A DNA stretch of 64,000 nt, from positions 24,168 to 88,167 of the forward strand of contig CAZBED010000005.1 of assembly GCA_964490845.1 (NCBI GenBank), written 5' to 3'. A program made the translations under genes and the position numbers. Under the pieces are notes generated by a model that was not told the origin of the DNA, ran no database searches, and saw nothing but the letters and a program-made list of their open reading frames with translations. This stretch comes from an uncultured Chitinophagales bacterium (GTDB lineage: Bacteria; Bacteroidota; Bacteroidia; Chitinophagales; JADIYW01). Shown here piece by piece: positions 11,307 through 19,184 of the stretch. Numbering within the stretch: the first letter of the stretch is position 1; each line of letters starts with the position of its first letter.

Positions 11307-11548
11307 ATGAACAAACGATAAAAGATGCAGTAATCGCTATTCTGCTGAACATTGCACCGGATGCGGATACGGCTTCAATAACAGATGAGACCAATTTCCG
11401 CACTGATCTTGGAATGGATTCCTTTGATTTCCTGCAATTAATGACTGCTGTCAGTGAAAAATTTGAACTGGATATTCCCGAACAGGATTATGCCAATGTA
11501 TCAACACTGAAATATTTAACCGATTATATTGTAGCAAAGAAAGTTTAA
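11303..11548 (+). CDS. stand-alone acyl carrier protein
   Basis: 81 aa and acidic. Phosphopantetheine attachment motif DLGMDSFDFLQL. ATGA overlap with the E2 stop. Confidence 0.8.
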   Translation: MNEQTIKDAVIAILLNIAPDADTASITDETNFRTDLGMDSFDFLQLMTAVSEKFELDIPEQDYANVSTLKYLTDYIVAKKV

Positions 11549-11551
11549 CGA

Positions 11552-12145
11552 ATGAATGAGCTTCTGAGATGCCTGAAAGATACAGACGTGAGTATTTTTC
11601 ATTTCATCAATCAAACGATAGCTAATCCTGTATTTGACGTCCTGATGCCTTTGTTGAGAACGGCCACCACCTGGATTCCGCTGTATATTATTTTAAGTGC
11701 GTATGTAATTCACACCCGTAAAAGAGAAGCCTGGGTTTATATACTGTATATGTTGATTGCATTTGCATTAGCAGATTCAATAACACACAATATCCTAAAG
11801 CCGTTTTTTAACCGGTCACGCCCCTGCTATAATGAATTCATTTCAGTCCGGCTATTAGTGAGCCATTGCGGTGGCAGATTAGGTTTTCCATCCACTCATG
11901 CATCCAATCATATGGCCATGGCACTCAGTATCCTGCTAAGCAGCATTTTTTCAAATAAATGGATAAACCTTAGCTGGATTTTTTGGGCAGCAATTATTGG
12001 ATTCGCTCAGATATACGTCGGGTTGCACTACCCCTCCGATATTATCGCAGGCTTTATAACAGGCAGTATACTGGCATACATAAATTTCAAACTGGTATTA
12101 CCGGCACTAAAAGCCAGACACTATAAGTTTATCCAAAAAAAATAA
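11552..12145 (+). CDS. PAP2 superfamily (lipid) phosphatase, membrane protein
   Basis: The three PAP2 motifs KPFFNRSRP, PSTHAS and LHYPSD lie within a polytopic membrane protein. Starts 3 nt after the ACP stop. Confidence 0.8.
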   Translation: MNELLRCLKDTDVSIFHFINQTIANPVFDVLMPLLRTATTWIPLYIILSAYVIHTRKREAWVYILYMLIAFALADSITHNILKPFFNRSRPCYNEFISVRLLVSHCGGRLGFPSTHASNHMAMALSILLSSIFSNKWINLSWIFWAAIIGFAQIYVGLHYPSDIIAGFITGSILAYINFKLVLPALKARHYKFIQKK

Positions 12146-12156
12146 GAGAAAAATTG

Positions 12157-12231
12157 GGACAACGATGGGGTTCGAACCCACGACCCTCGGAACCACAATC
12201 CGATGCTCTAACCAACTGAGCTACGATGTCC
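12157..12231 (-). tRNA. tRNA-His (anticodon GTG)
   Basis: The reverse complement folds as a cloverleaf. The anticodon stem TCGGA/TCCGA flanks loop TTGTGGT (GTG). T arm is GTGGG-TTCGAAC-CCCAT. An extra 5' G can pair with C73, as in bacterial tRNA-His. There is one U-U mismatch in the acceptor stem, and CCA is not fully encoded. Confidence 0.85.
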
Positions 12232-12327
12232 ATTTACATTATAAGAACGGACTGCAAAGATAGAATTTTATTTTAAAAACAGAAATTCTGGTTTTTTTAC
12301 TTAAGAAATACTTAATGTAGAAAGAAA

Positions 12328-12357
12328 AAAGCCGACTCATATCAACGAGACGGCTTT
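12328..12357 (-). terminator. rho-independent terminator downstream of ahcY
   Basis: The minus strand reads AAAGCCGTCTC-gttgatat-GAGTCGGCTTT, with one internal mismatch. TTTTTTCTTT follows. Confidence 0.5.
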
Positions 12358-12399
12358 TATAAGATGCTAAAACAAGTTCAGCATGACGATGCATATCTA

Positions 12400-13728
12400 C
12401 TAGTATCTATAGTACTCCGGTTTGTAAGGACCAGCCACAGGAATGTTCAAATAAGCACTTTGTTCAGGAGTTAATTCATCCAGTTCCACGCCTATCTTAG
12501 CCAGGTGTAAACGGGCAACTTTTTCATCTAAATGCTTTGGTAACATGTACACCTTGTTTTCGTATTTGTCAGCGTTAGCCCACAACTCTAACTGAGCAAT
12601 CACCTGATTGGAGAAAGAGTTAGACATTACAAAGGAAGGGTGACCGGTAGCGCAACCTAAGTTCACTAAACGACCTTCAGCCAGCAAGATGATGTCTTTA
12701 CCGTCAATGGTATATAAATCAACCTGTGGTTTGATGGTGTTTTTAGTATGACCGTAGTTTGTGTTCAACCAGGCAACATCAATCTCGATGTCAAAGTGGC
12801 CTATGTTACAAACAATCGCTTTATCTTTCATGGATTTGAAATGTTCACCTGTGATGATGTCACGACAACCTGTAGTTGTCACGATAATGTCCGCTTCTTT
12901 TACCGCATCTTTCATTTTTTTCACTTCAAAACCTTCCATGGCAGCCTGTAATGCACAAATCGGGTCGATTTCTGTAATGATGACGCGAGCACCGGCACCA
13001 CGTAATGATTCCGCAGAACCTTTACCTACGTCACCAAAACCGGCAACCACCGCCACTTTACCTGCAATCATTACATCAGTAGCACGACGGATCGCATCTA
13101 CACAACTTTCACGGCAGCCGTATTTGTTGTCAAATTTGGATTTTGTAACCGAATCGTTGATATTGATAGCCGGAATCAGTAAAGTTCCGTGCTCCATTCT
13201 TTCGTATAAACGGTGAACCCCTGTAGTGGTTTCTTCCGATAAACCTCTGATGCCTTTCGCCAGTTCAGGATAGTTATCAAACACCATATTGGTTAAGTCG
13301 CCGCCGTCATCCAGAATCATATTTAACGGACGGTCAGGAGAACCAAAGAACAAAGTTTGTTCGATGCACCAGTTGAATTCTTCTTCATTCAGGCCTTTCC
13401 ATGCAAATACCGGAATACCGGCAGCAGCAATGGCAGCGGCAGCGTGGTCCTGAGTAGAGAAAATGTTGCAGGAAGACCAGGTCACTTCTGCGCCTAAAGC
13501 CACCAACGTTTCAATCAACACTGCCGTTTGAATCGTCATGTGTAAGCAACCCGCGATACGAGCACCTTTTAAAGGCTGAGAAGGACCAAATTCTTCACGA
13601 AGTGCCATTAAACCAGGCATTTCCGCTTCAGCAAGCGTTATTTCTTTGCGACCCCATTCTGCAAGGGACATGTCTTTAACTTTGTATTTCAAGCTAAAGT
13701 CAATAGAGGATGATGTAGTAGTTGACAT
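12400..13728 (-). CDS. ahcY: adenosylhomocysteinase
   Basis: Near-textbook sequence: [31 protein letters not shown]-binding [10 protein letters not shown], and the C-terminal YRY tail. 442 aa. Confidence 0.97.
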   Translation of the reverse strand: MSTTTSSSIDFSLKYKVKDMSLAEWGRKEITLAEAEMPGLMALREEFGPSQPLKGARIAGCLHMTIQTAVLIETLVALGAEVTWSSCNIFSTQDHAAAAIAAAGIPVFAWKGLNEEEFNWCIEQTLFFGSPDRPLNMILDDGGDLTNMVFDNYPELAKGIRGLSEETTTGVHRLYERMEHGTLLIPAININDSVTKSKFDNKYGCRESCVDAIRRATDVMIAGKVAVVAGFGDVGKGSAESLRGAGARVIITEIDPICALQAAMEGFEVKKMKDAVKEADIIVTTTGCRDIITGEHFKSMKDKAIVCNIGHFDIEIDVAWLNTNYGHTKNTIKPQVDLYTIDGKDIILLAEGRLVNLGCATGHPSFVMSNSFSNQVIAQLELWANADKYENKVYMLPKHLDEKVARLHLAKIGVELDELTPEQSAYLNIPVAGPYKPEYYRY

Positions 13729-13747
13729 ATTTTTTGTTTTGTTGACG

Positions 13748-13755
13748 CAAAATTA
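13748..13755 (-). promoter_or_regulatory. candidate -7 box TAATTTTG for ahcY
   Basis: Exact TAnnTTTG on the minus strand, about 20 nt upstream of the ahcY ATG. The -33 region is only T-rich (CTTTTTAT). Confidence 0.35.
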
Positions 13756-13768
13756 CATCATCGTATTT

Positions 13769-14078
13769 AATAAAAAGTTGTCTTGTGGCAAGAAATGAAA
13801 ATGTCTGAATATTGATTTTTCATAAGTGTTTGTATTAGAATCATTCTCAGCAGAGTATCCTGAAAGGTACTCTGCGTTTGTAATTACTACGCAGAGTCCT
13901 CTACGAGAGACTCTGCTATGAAATAAAAAGTTGTCTTGTGGCAAGAAATGAAAATGTCTGAATATTGATTTTCATAAGTGTTTGTATTAGAATCATTCTC
14001 AGCAGAGTATCCTGAAAGGTACTCTGCGCTTGTAATGACTACGCAGAGTCCTCTACGAGAGACTCTGCTATGAAATAA
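13769..14078. repeat. head-to-tail tandem duplication (153 + 152 bp, ~98% identical) carrying four GCAGAGT-arm hairpins
   Basis: Unit 1 is 13774-13926 and unit 2 is 13927-14078. They differ by one T in a T-run and two substitutions. AATAA microhomology lies at 13769-13773 and at each unit end. Hairpins in unit 1 are GCAGAGTA-N10-TACTCTGC (13850-13875) and GCAGAGTC-N10-GACTCTGC (13891-13916). Confidence 0.9.
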
Positions 14079-14119
14079 GAGACGTAACCGCAATATCAGG
14101 AAGAAAATTGGTTTAAATA

Positions 14120-14151
14120 TTTGGAAATATGTCGGGTTGCCTCTATTTTTG
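14120..14151 (+). promoter_or_regulatory. candidate Bacteroidetes sigma-A promoter (TTTG-N20-TATTTTTG) for the deacetylase/formyltransferase operon
   Basis: TTTG at 14120-14123 and an exact TAnnTTTG at 14144-14151. ATG 14195 lies 44 nt downstream. Confidence 0.4.
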
Positions 14152-14194
14152 GTTGTGAGATTTATTTTCACGATTTTTGAGTGAATCTACCGAT

Positions 14195-15118
14195 ATGATA
14201 AGAAATTTTCTGTTTCATCGTGTATATCCGGAACGGGATATTCTGTGGGACCCCATGGATGTAAAACTTTTTGAGAAATGCATCAAGCATCTTTCCGGCA
14301 ATTACGATGTCGTCCGTATTGAAGATTTGGTCAAATCGGGGAATATACAGGGCAGAAACAAATACGCTACCATCAATTTTGACGACGGCTACAAAGACAA
14401 TATTGACTATGCCGCCGACATACTGGAAAAATACCACTGCAAGGCTTCCTTTTATGTGGTGACGGATTGCATTGACAGAAACGTGCCGACGTGGACTCAT
14501 GTGTTAGAGCATACCTTCCAGCACACGAAACATTCCAGAATCGATTTAAACTACGATTTTTTAGCTCCTGAATTACGAGTATCGGAACTAAAGACAAAAG
14601 AAGAAAGGATAGCCTATGTCAAGAAGCTGAAACCTTTTTTAAAGAATATATCCCACGCAAACAGGACGGAAGTGCTGGAAAATGTGGTAAAGAGCTTTTC
14701 CGATGCCGAGTTGCCCAAATTAATGATGAACTGGGATGACCTGAAACAACTCCACCAGGCAGGCCATTACATCGGCTCCCACACCGTAACACATTGCATG
14801 CTCGGAACAATGGACAATCTCGACGAAATAAGATATGAACTGCAGCATTCCGCTCAAACTATACAACAGCATCTCGGCTATTTTCCGGTGACCATATCCT
14901 ATCCCGTTGGAAGTTTCAACGAAACCACCAAAAAGCTAAGCAAAGAAGCCGGTTATGAAATCGGCCTGGCTGTCAAACAAAATACCTACGATCCGCAAAA
15001 AGACGATGTGTTTGAAATCCCCAGGATAGAACTGTATAATGAACCCTGGTGGAAAACCAGACTAAGAATCACAAACACACTTGAAAATATAAAAACATTA
15101 ATCGGTTATAAGAAATGA
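14195..15118 (+). CDS. polysaccharide deacetylase (NodB/CE4) family protein
   Basis: NodB motifs INFDDGYKDN and GSHTVTHCML. Start moved from TTG 14177 to ATG 14195. Confidence 0.85.
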   Translation: MIRNFLFHRVYPERDILWDPMDVKLFEKCIKHLSGNYDVVRIEDLVKSGNIQGRNKYATINFDDGYKDNIDYAADILEKYHCKASFYVVTDCIDRNVPTWTHVLEHTFQHTKHSRIDLNYDFLAPELRVSELKTKEERIAYVKKLKPFLKNISHANRTEVLENVVKSFSDAELPKLMMNWDDLKQLHQAGHYIGSHTVTHCMLGTMDNLDEIRYELQHSAQTIQQHLGYFPVTISYPVGSFNETTKKLSKEAGYEIGLAVKQNTYDPQKDDVFEIPRIELYNEPWWKTRLRITNTLENIKTLIGYKK

Positions 15119-15918
15119 AAATTGTTCTCTGGATAGGCAACGAATCCAACCAAAAGGCACTGGCGAATAAGATACAGGCGCAATACCCTATTAGTGGTAT
15201 TATTCTGGAAAGCAGAAAGACCAAAACCAAAATCACCCTGGCTAAGATTATAGAAAAAGTAGTGGAAAAACTGTTTTTAAAAGCTATTGCTGACGCATGG
15301 TGGGGAATGAAACGCTACTACAATGACATTTATCCCGACTATCCTCAGGTAAAAACGATTGATGTGGAAAACATCAACTCCCAGGCTGCTTTTGATTTCA
15401 CAACAGAACTAGCGCCGGATTTAATTATCGTTTCCGGTACGAGATTATTAAAAGAAAAGATGTTGTCCATAAAACCGGATATAGGTATATTGAATCTACA
15501 TACTGGCTTGTCCCCTTATGTAAAGGGCGGACCGAACTGTACCAACTGGTGTATTGCCACTAAACAATATCACCTTATCGGCAATACCATTATGTGGATC
15601 GATTTGGGAATTGATACCGGCAATATCATCACCACTGAATTTACAGCATTTGACGGCAATGAGAGTTTACTGGACGTTCATAAGAAGGTAATGGATCATG
15701 CACATCAACTATATATGAAAGCCATCGGGTTTCTGATAAACGGCAATCATTCCAATGTAAAACAAAACGACATCGCTAAAGGCACCACCTACTATACCCG
15801 GCAGTGGGGCCTGAAAGAAAAAATCAGGCTGGTATGGAACATGAAAGACTTCCGCAAGAGCATAAAATCCGGAGCAACTGAAAGACTGAAAAAAGATATT
15901 GTCACCGTTCCGATTTAA
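15115..15918 (+). CDS. formyltransferase catalytic-domain protein (Fmt/ArnA N-terminal-domain-like)
   Basis: PDLIIVSGTRLL...ILNLHTGLSPYVKGG matches the N-x-H...SLLP..RG-type formyltransferase core. A downstream Asp-containing loop is IDLGIDTGNII. ATGA overlap with the deacetylase stop. Confidence 0.75.
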   Translation: MKIVLWIGNESNQKALANKIQAQYPISGIILESRKTKTKITLAKIIEKVVEKLFLKAIADAWWGMKRYYNDIYPDYPQVKTIDVENINSQAAFDFTTELAPDLIIVSGTRLLKEKMLSIKPDIGILNLHTGLSPYVKGGPNCTNWCIATKQYHLIGNTIMWIDLGIDTGNIITTEFTAFDGNESLLDVHKKVMDHAHQLYMKAIGFLINGNHSNVKQNDIAKGTTYYTRQWGLKEKIRLVWNMKDFRKSIKSGATERLKKDIVTVPI

Positions 15919-16011
15919 GGATGCACGCAGGATAATTATTTTAACTTATCGATTTGTATCTTCACCAAATGAAATATGTTTGGAGAGAATACCATTTAAT
16001 TAAAATAAAAA

Positions 16012-16457
16012 GTGAAAATAGTGAAAAACTATAAGCAATATAATGACCAATATTTTTCAAGGTGGGCACCTGTATATGACGTATTTGAAATTCTCCTGGC
16101 TGATGTCCGAAGAGATATTACAAAAACAATCCATCCCGTCGGCAAATCAGTTTTAGATGTTGGAACCGGAGCCTGGGATTACACGATATGCCATTAGAAA
16201 TAAGAACTTTAGTATTAAAGGAAGTAAAACGAGTTTTAAAAAGTAACGGAAAACTATTCATCTTAGATTATGATTTACCCCAAAACGATTTTCTAGGAAC
16301 TGTTTCATCTCACTTGATTAATCTACTTGAGAGTAAATACTACCTTGATTTTATTAAAGCTGATTTTGAGTCTTACCTGAGTACACTTGGATTTAAAATG
16401 GAGAAAAAAACAAACTATCTGTTTGGATATTTAAGATTTATCACCCTGACCAAATAA
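16012..16457 (+). pseudogene. class I SAM-dependent methyltransferase remnant (internal deletion plus frame change)
   Basis: Frame 1 encodes the N-terminus through motif I (SVLDVGTG), then stops at 16195-16197. Frame 3 continues from SLGLHDMPLEIRTLVLKEVKRVLKSNGKLFILDYD (post-motif III to the C-terminus). Roughly 60-75 codons between the two parts are missing. Confidence 0.6.
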
Positions 16458-16477
16458 AGTTTTTACCCCTGAAGTTT

Positions 16478-17044
16478 TCATCGAATATTCTTCTTAATCC
16501 TACTCAGGGAAGTCGGCGTCACCCCGATAAAGGAAGCGAGGTATTTCTGCGGAATGGACTGCAGCAATTCCGGTTTATTCAATAAATCAAGATAGCGTTG
16601 TTCTGCCGAATCGCGCTGCAGGGCGGTAAAGCGTTGCAGCAGATGCAATATCACATCCTCCCAGAATTTGCGCATCATCTCCTGCATTTTCGGATGAGTA
16701 ACATACAATTTATTCAGTTCAGCTTTAGGCAGATACAAGACTTCGCTGTCCTCAATGGCCTGCAGGAAATAATTGGTAGGCGTTTCACTGATGAAGCTGT
16801 AAATTTCAATAGCAGATGAGTGTTTGAGTGCAAACCAGACAGATACTTCCACTTCATCCAGCAAATAATATAACCGCAAACAGCCTCTTTGCACAAAAAT
16901 CAAGTCTTTGCAGATTTCGCCCTGCATCAGCACGAACTCATTTTTTTTGATTTTTTTTAACCTGAATTTGTTGACAATATCCTCTAATTCCGCGTCCGGA
17001 AGCGGCACGTAATCATTAAAGAATTTTTTTAGCTCTGCGGACAT
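16478..17044 (-). CDS. Crp/Fnr family transcriptional regulator
   Basis: cNMP-binding beta-roll (FVLMQGEICKDLIFVQRGCLRLYY) and a C-terminal HTH (QKYLASFIGVTPTSLSRIKK). Start placed at ATG 17042-17044 (MSAELKKFF). Confidence 0.85.
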   Translation of the reverse strand: MSAELKKFFNDYVPLPDAELEDIVNKFRLKKIKKNEFVLMQGEICKDLIFVQRGCLRLYYLLDEVEVSVWFALKHSSAIEIYSFISETPTNYFLQAIEDSEVLYLPKAELNKLYVTHPKMQEMMRKFWEDVILHLLQRFTALQRDSAEQRYLDLLNKPELLQSIPQKYLASFIGVTPTSLSRIKKNIR

Positions 17045-17088
17045 AATTGACACTTCAAACATAAATAAAAAAATGCTATTTTTATAAT

Positions 17089-17958
17089 ATGAACATAGAT
17101 GAATGGAAATCAAAAGGCCAATACACCAAAGTGTATGGACATTCCGTTTTTAACATTCATCTACAACATAACCAACCAACCATCGCCTTCTTACATGGCT
17201 ACCCGTCTGCATCATTCGATTATTATAAAGTCCTGCCCTTTATAGAAAAGGATTACTCCTGTATTATTCACGACCATTTAGGTTTCGGGCTATCCGATAA
17301 GCCTGTTCAGTATTCTTATTCCCTGATTGAACAGGCCGAAATTGCGATGGAATTATGGAAGCAGCTAGGCCTGAAAGAAATTCATCTGGTCTCACATGAT
17401 TACGGGACAACCGTTGCAAATGAAATCATAGTACGCAGTCAGCAAGGCTTCGAACCTGTAAAACTAAAATCAGTCACTTTTTGTAATGGCAGCATGCATA
17501 TTGAACTGGCACACTTGAAACTTGTTCAAAAATTGCTGAAGCACCCGGTTTGGGGTAAATATATCGTTGCCATGATGAACAAACACACTTTTATCAAAAC
17601 CATGCAGGATATCTGGTTTGACAAAAAATTATGTGATTTAAATGAAATGAATGAACTGTGGAAGCTGATGCAGCTTAATGCAGGAAAAGATGTCTTGCAT
17701 AAAATATCTCAGTATAATAACGAACGCGTGAAATACTGGCATCGCTGGATACCGGCGCTGACGCAATTAGATATTCCAACCCACATACTGTGGGCACAGC
17801 AGGATCCAATCGCGGTGAAAGCCATTGCGGAGCAATTACAAAAAGAAATACCTAATTCAGTTTATACTAAAATAGACAACTGCGGGCACTACCCAATGCT
17901 GGAAAAACCGGAAGAATGGGGTAAAAAAATGACAGCATTTATAGCAGGTATTAATTAA
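17089..17958 (+). CDS. alpha/beta hydrolase (Asp-nucleophile, epoxide hydrolase / MEST-like)
   Basis: HGYPSASFDY plus nucleophile elbow VSHDYGT, and a C-terminal GHYPMLE histidine motif. Confidence 0.8.
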   Translation: MNIDEWKSKGQYTKVYGHSVFNIHLQHNQPTIAFLHGYPSASFDYYKVLPFIEKDYSCIIHDHLGFGLSDKPVQYSYSLIEQAEIAMELWKQLGLKEIHLVSHDYGTTVANEIIVRSQQGFEPVKLKSVTFCNGSMHIELAHLKLVQKLLKHPVWGKYIVAMMNKHTFIKTMQDIWFDKKLCDLNEMNELWKLMQLNAGKDVLHKISQYNNERVKYWHRWIPALTQLDIPTHILWAQQDPIAVKAIAEQLQKEIPNSVYTKIDNCGHYPMLEKPEEWGKKMTAFIAGIN

Positions 17959-19171
17959 AAAACTTTTCTTTCGCTACCAATTTTTCTATCAGCATAGTTG
18001 CAACCGTATCGCCGGTTGCATTTAACAACGTTACAATGGGATCAACGAGAGTACCAATAATCATCACGACCGGCAGCACTTCTATTGGGAAACCATAGGC
18101 AGCCACTACCATCAGCTCTCCGGCATAGCCGCCGCTGGGAATGCCGCCTTCCACTATGCTAACTATCACACTGACACCTAAAGCAATCAGGACAGTATCT
18201 ATTCCCGTTAACGGTTTATGCAGAATGGCAAAGACTACTGCAATTTTTACAATGGACGAAATACTCGAACCGTCTTTGTGTAACGTTGCACCGAGAGGAA
18301 CAACGATACTGCTGACCTGATCAGATATTTTCATTTTCTTTGCTGCTTCAAGATTAGCAGGAATGGTGGCAATACTGCTGCAGGTTCCTAACGCCGTTGC
18401 AGATGGAATAACATTGTTTGTCCAGTATCTCTTTATTCCATTCCGTCCGTCTGCCAAAAATGCGTAAAAACTGAACAAAACCACATAGTAGAAGATACAA
18501 AAACCATAGCACAACGCCAGCGCACTGGCATAAGCTCCGAATAATTTCGGTCCAAAAACCCCAACCTGATATGCAAAGTATGCACCTAATCCTATTGGTG
18601 CAAATGCCATGATATATGATAGTAACTTCTTCATCACTTCATTTCCGGCATTCAGAAATTTATGGAAGGCGGCAGCGGGTTCTCCGGCTCTTGCCGTAGC
18701 GAGGCCCGTTAATACGGAAAATAAAATCAATGCCAGCATACTTTTCCTGGATAGCAAATGGAAGAAATCGCCGACTGTCAGTAATTCGGTTATTTGCTCA
18801 CCCATCGTTTGTGCCTGTATTTTTTCAGTTAAAGCGGCAATCGGAATATCGCCGGAAAAAGGAAACAACCAAACAGCAATAATAGCTAAAAATGCTGCGA
18901 TTAGAAGGGTACTTAAAAATATCAGTAACATCACACGAATCACTTTGCCAAATTTTTTCCCGGACTCAATATTGGCAAATGCCGAAGTAATGGCAAAGAA
19001 TATTAACGGAACAACAGCTGTAAAAATAAGATTCAGAAAAATGTCTCCCACAGGCTTGATGATTTCCACGCGTTTATCTAATATCAGTCCAACCACACTG
19101 CCTGCAGCGATACCGGCCAATAGCAATATGATACTTTTATAGTATTGAAAAAAAGATGGATTTTGTTGCAT
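17951..19171 (-). CDS. dicarboxylate/amino acid:cation symporter (DAACS family)
   Basis: 406-aa polytopic protein with GTCSSIATIPAN and GATLHKDGSSI motifs typical of GltP/DctA-type carriers. Confidence 0.9.
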   Translation of the reverse strand: MQQNPSFFQYYKSIILLLAGIAAGSVVGLILDKRVEIIKPVGDIFLNLIFTAVVPLIFFAITSAFANIESGKKFGKVIRVMLLIFLSTLLIAAFLAIIAVWLFPFSGDIPIAALTEKIQAQTMGEQITELLTVGDFFHLLSRKSMLALILFSVLTGLATARAGEPAAAFHKFLNAGNEVMKKLLSYIMAFAPIGLGAYFAYQVGVFGPKLFGAYASALALCYGFCIFYYVVLFSFYAFLADGRNGIKRYWTNNVIPSATALGTCSSIATIPANLEAAKKMKISDQVSSIVVPLGATLHKDGSSISSIVKIAVVFAILHKPLTGIDTVLIALGVSVIVSIVEGGIPSGGYAGELMVVAAYGFPIEVLPVVMIIGTLVDPIVTLLNATGDTVATMLIEKLVAKEKFFN

Positions 19172-19184
19172 AATGAATGATAAT

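Noticed and set aside
12146-12400. tRNA-His (and tRNA-Ala at 37417-37490) as attachment sites of an integrated element.
   Set aside because: There is no integrase, no direct repeat of the tRNA 3' end nearby, and no phage or conjugation genes. The flanking genes are ordinary metabolic genes.
13769-14078. Possibility that the repeated hairpin region is a CRISPR array.
   Set aside because: There are only two directly abutting 153-bp units with no unique spacers. The unit length is far from CRISPR repeat size, and no cas genes are in the window.
13753-14171. Minus-strand ORFs 13753..13944 and 13887..14171 sharing the peptide LFHSRVSRRGLCVVIT.AEYLSGYSAENDSNTNTYE.
   Set aside because: The shared peptide simply reflects the 153-bp tandem DNA duplication. 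The frames run through palindromic hairpins in an intergenic region, and there is no family resemblance.
13729-14194. SAH riboswitch or other known leader upstream of ahcY.
   Set aside because: The best -7 box lies only about 20 nt from the ATG, which leaves no room for a leader. The region is AT-rich and does not resemble the GC-rich pseudoknotted SAH element as I remember it. A covariance-model scan was not possible, so this rejection is provisional.
18609-19142. 177-aa plus-strand ORF.
   Set aside because: It is entirely antisense to the well-supported DAACS transporter gene. The sequence is low-complexity with no motifs.
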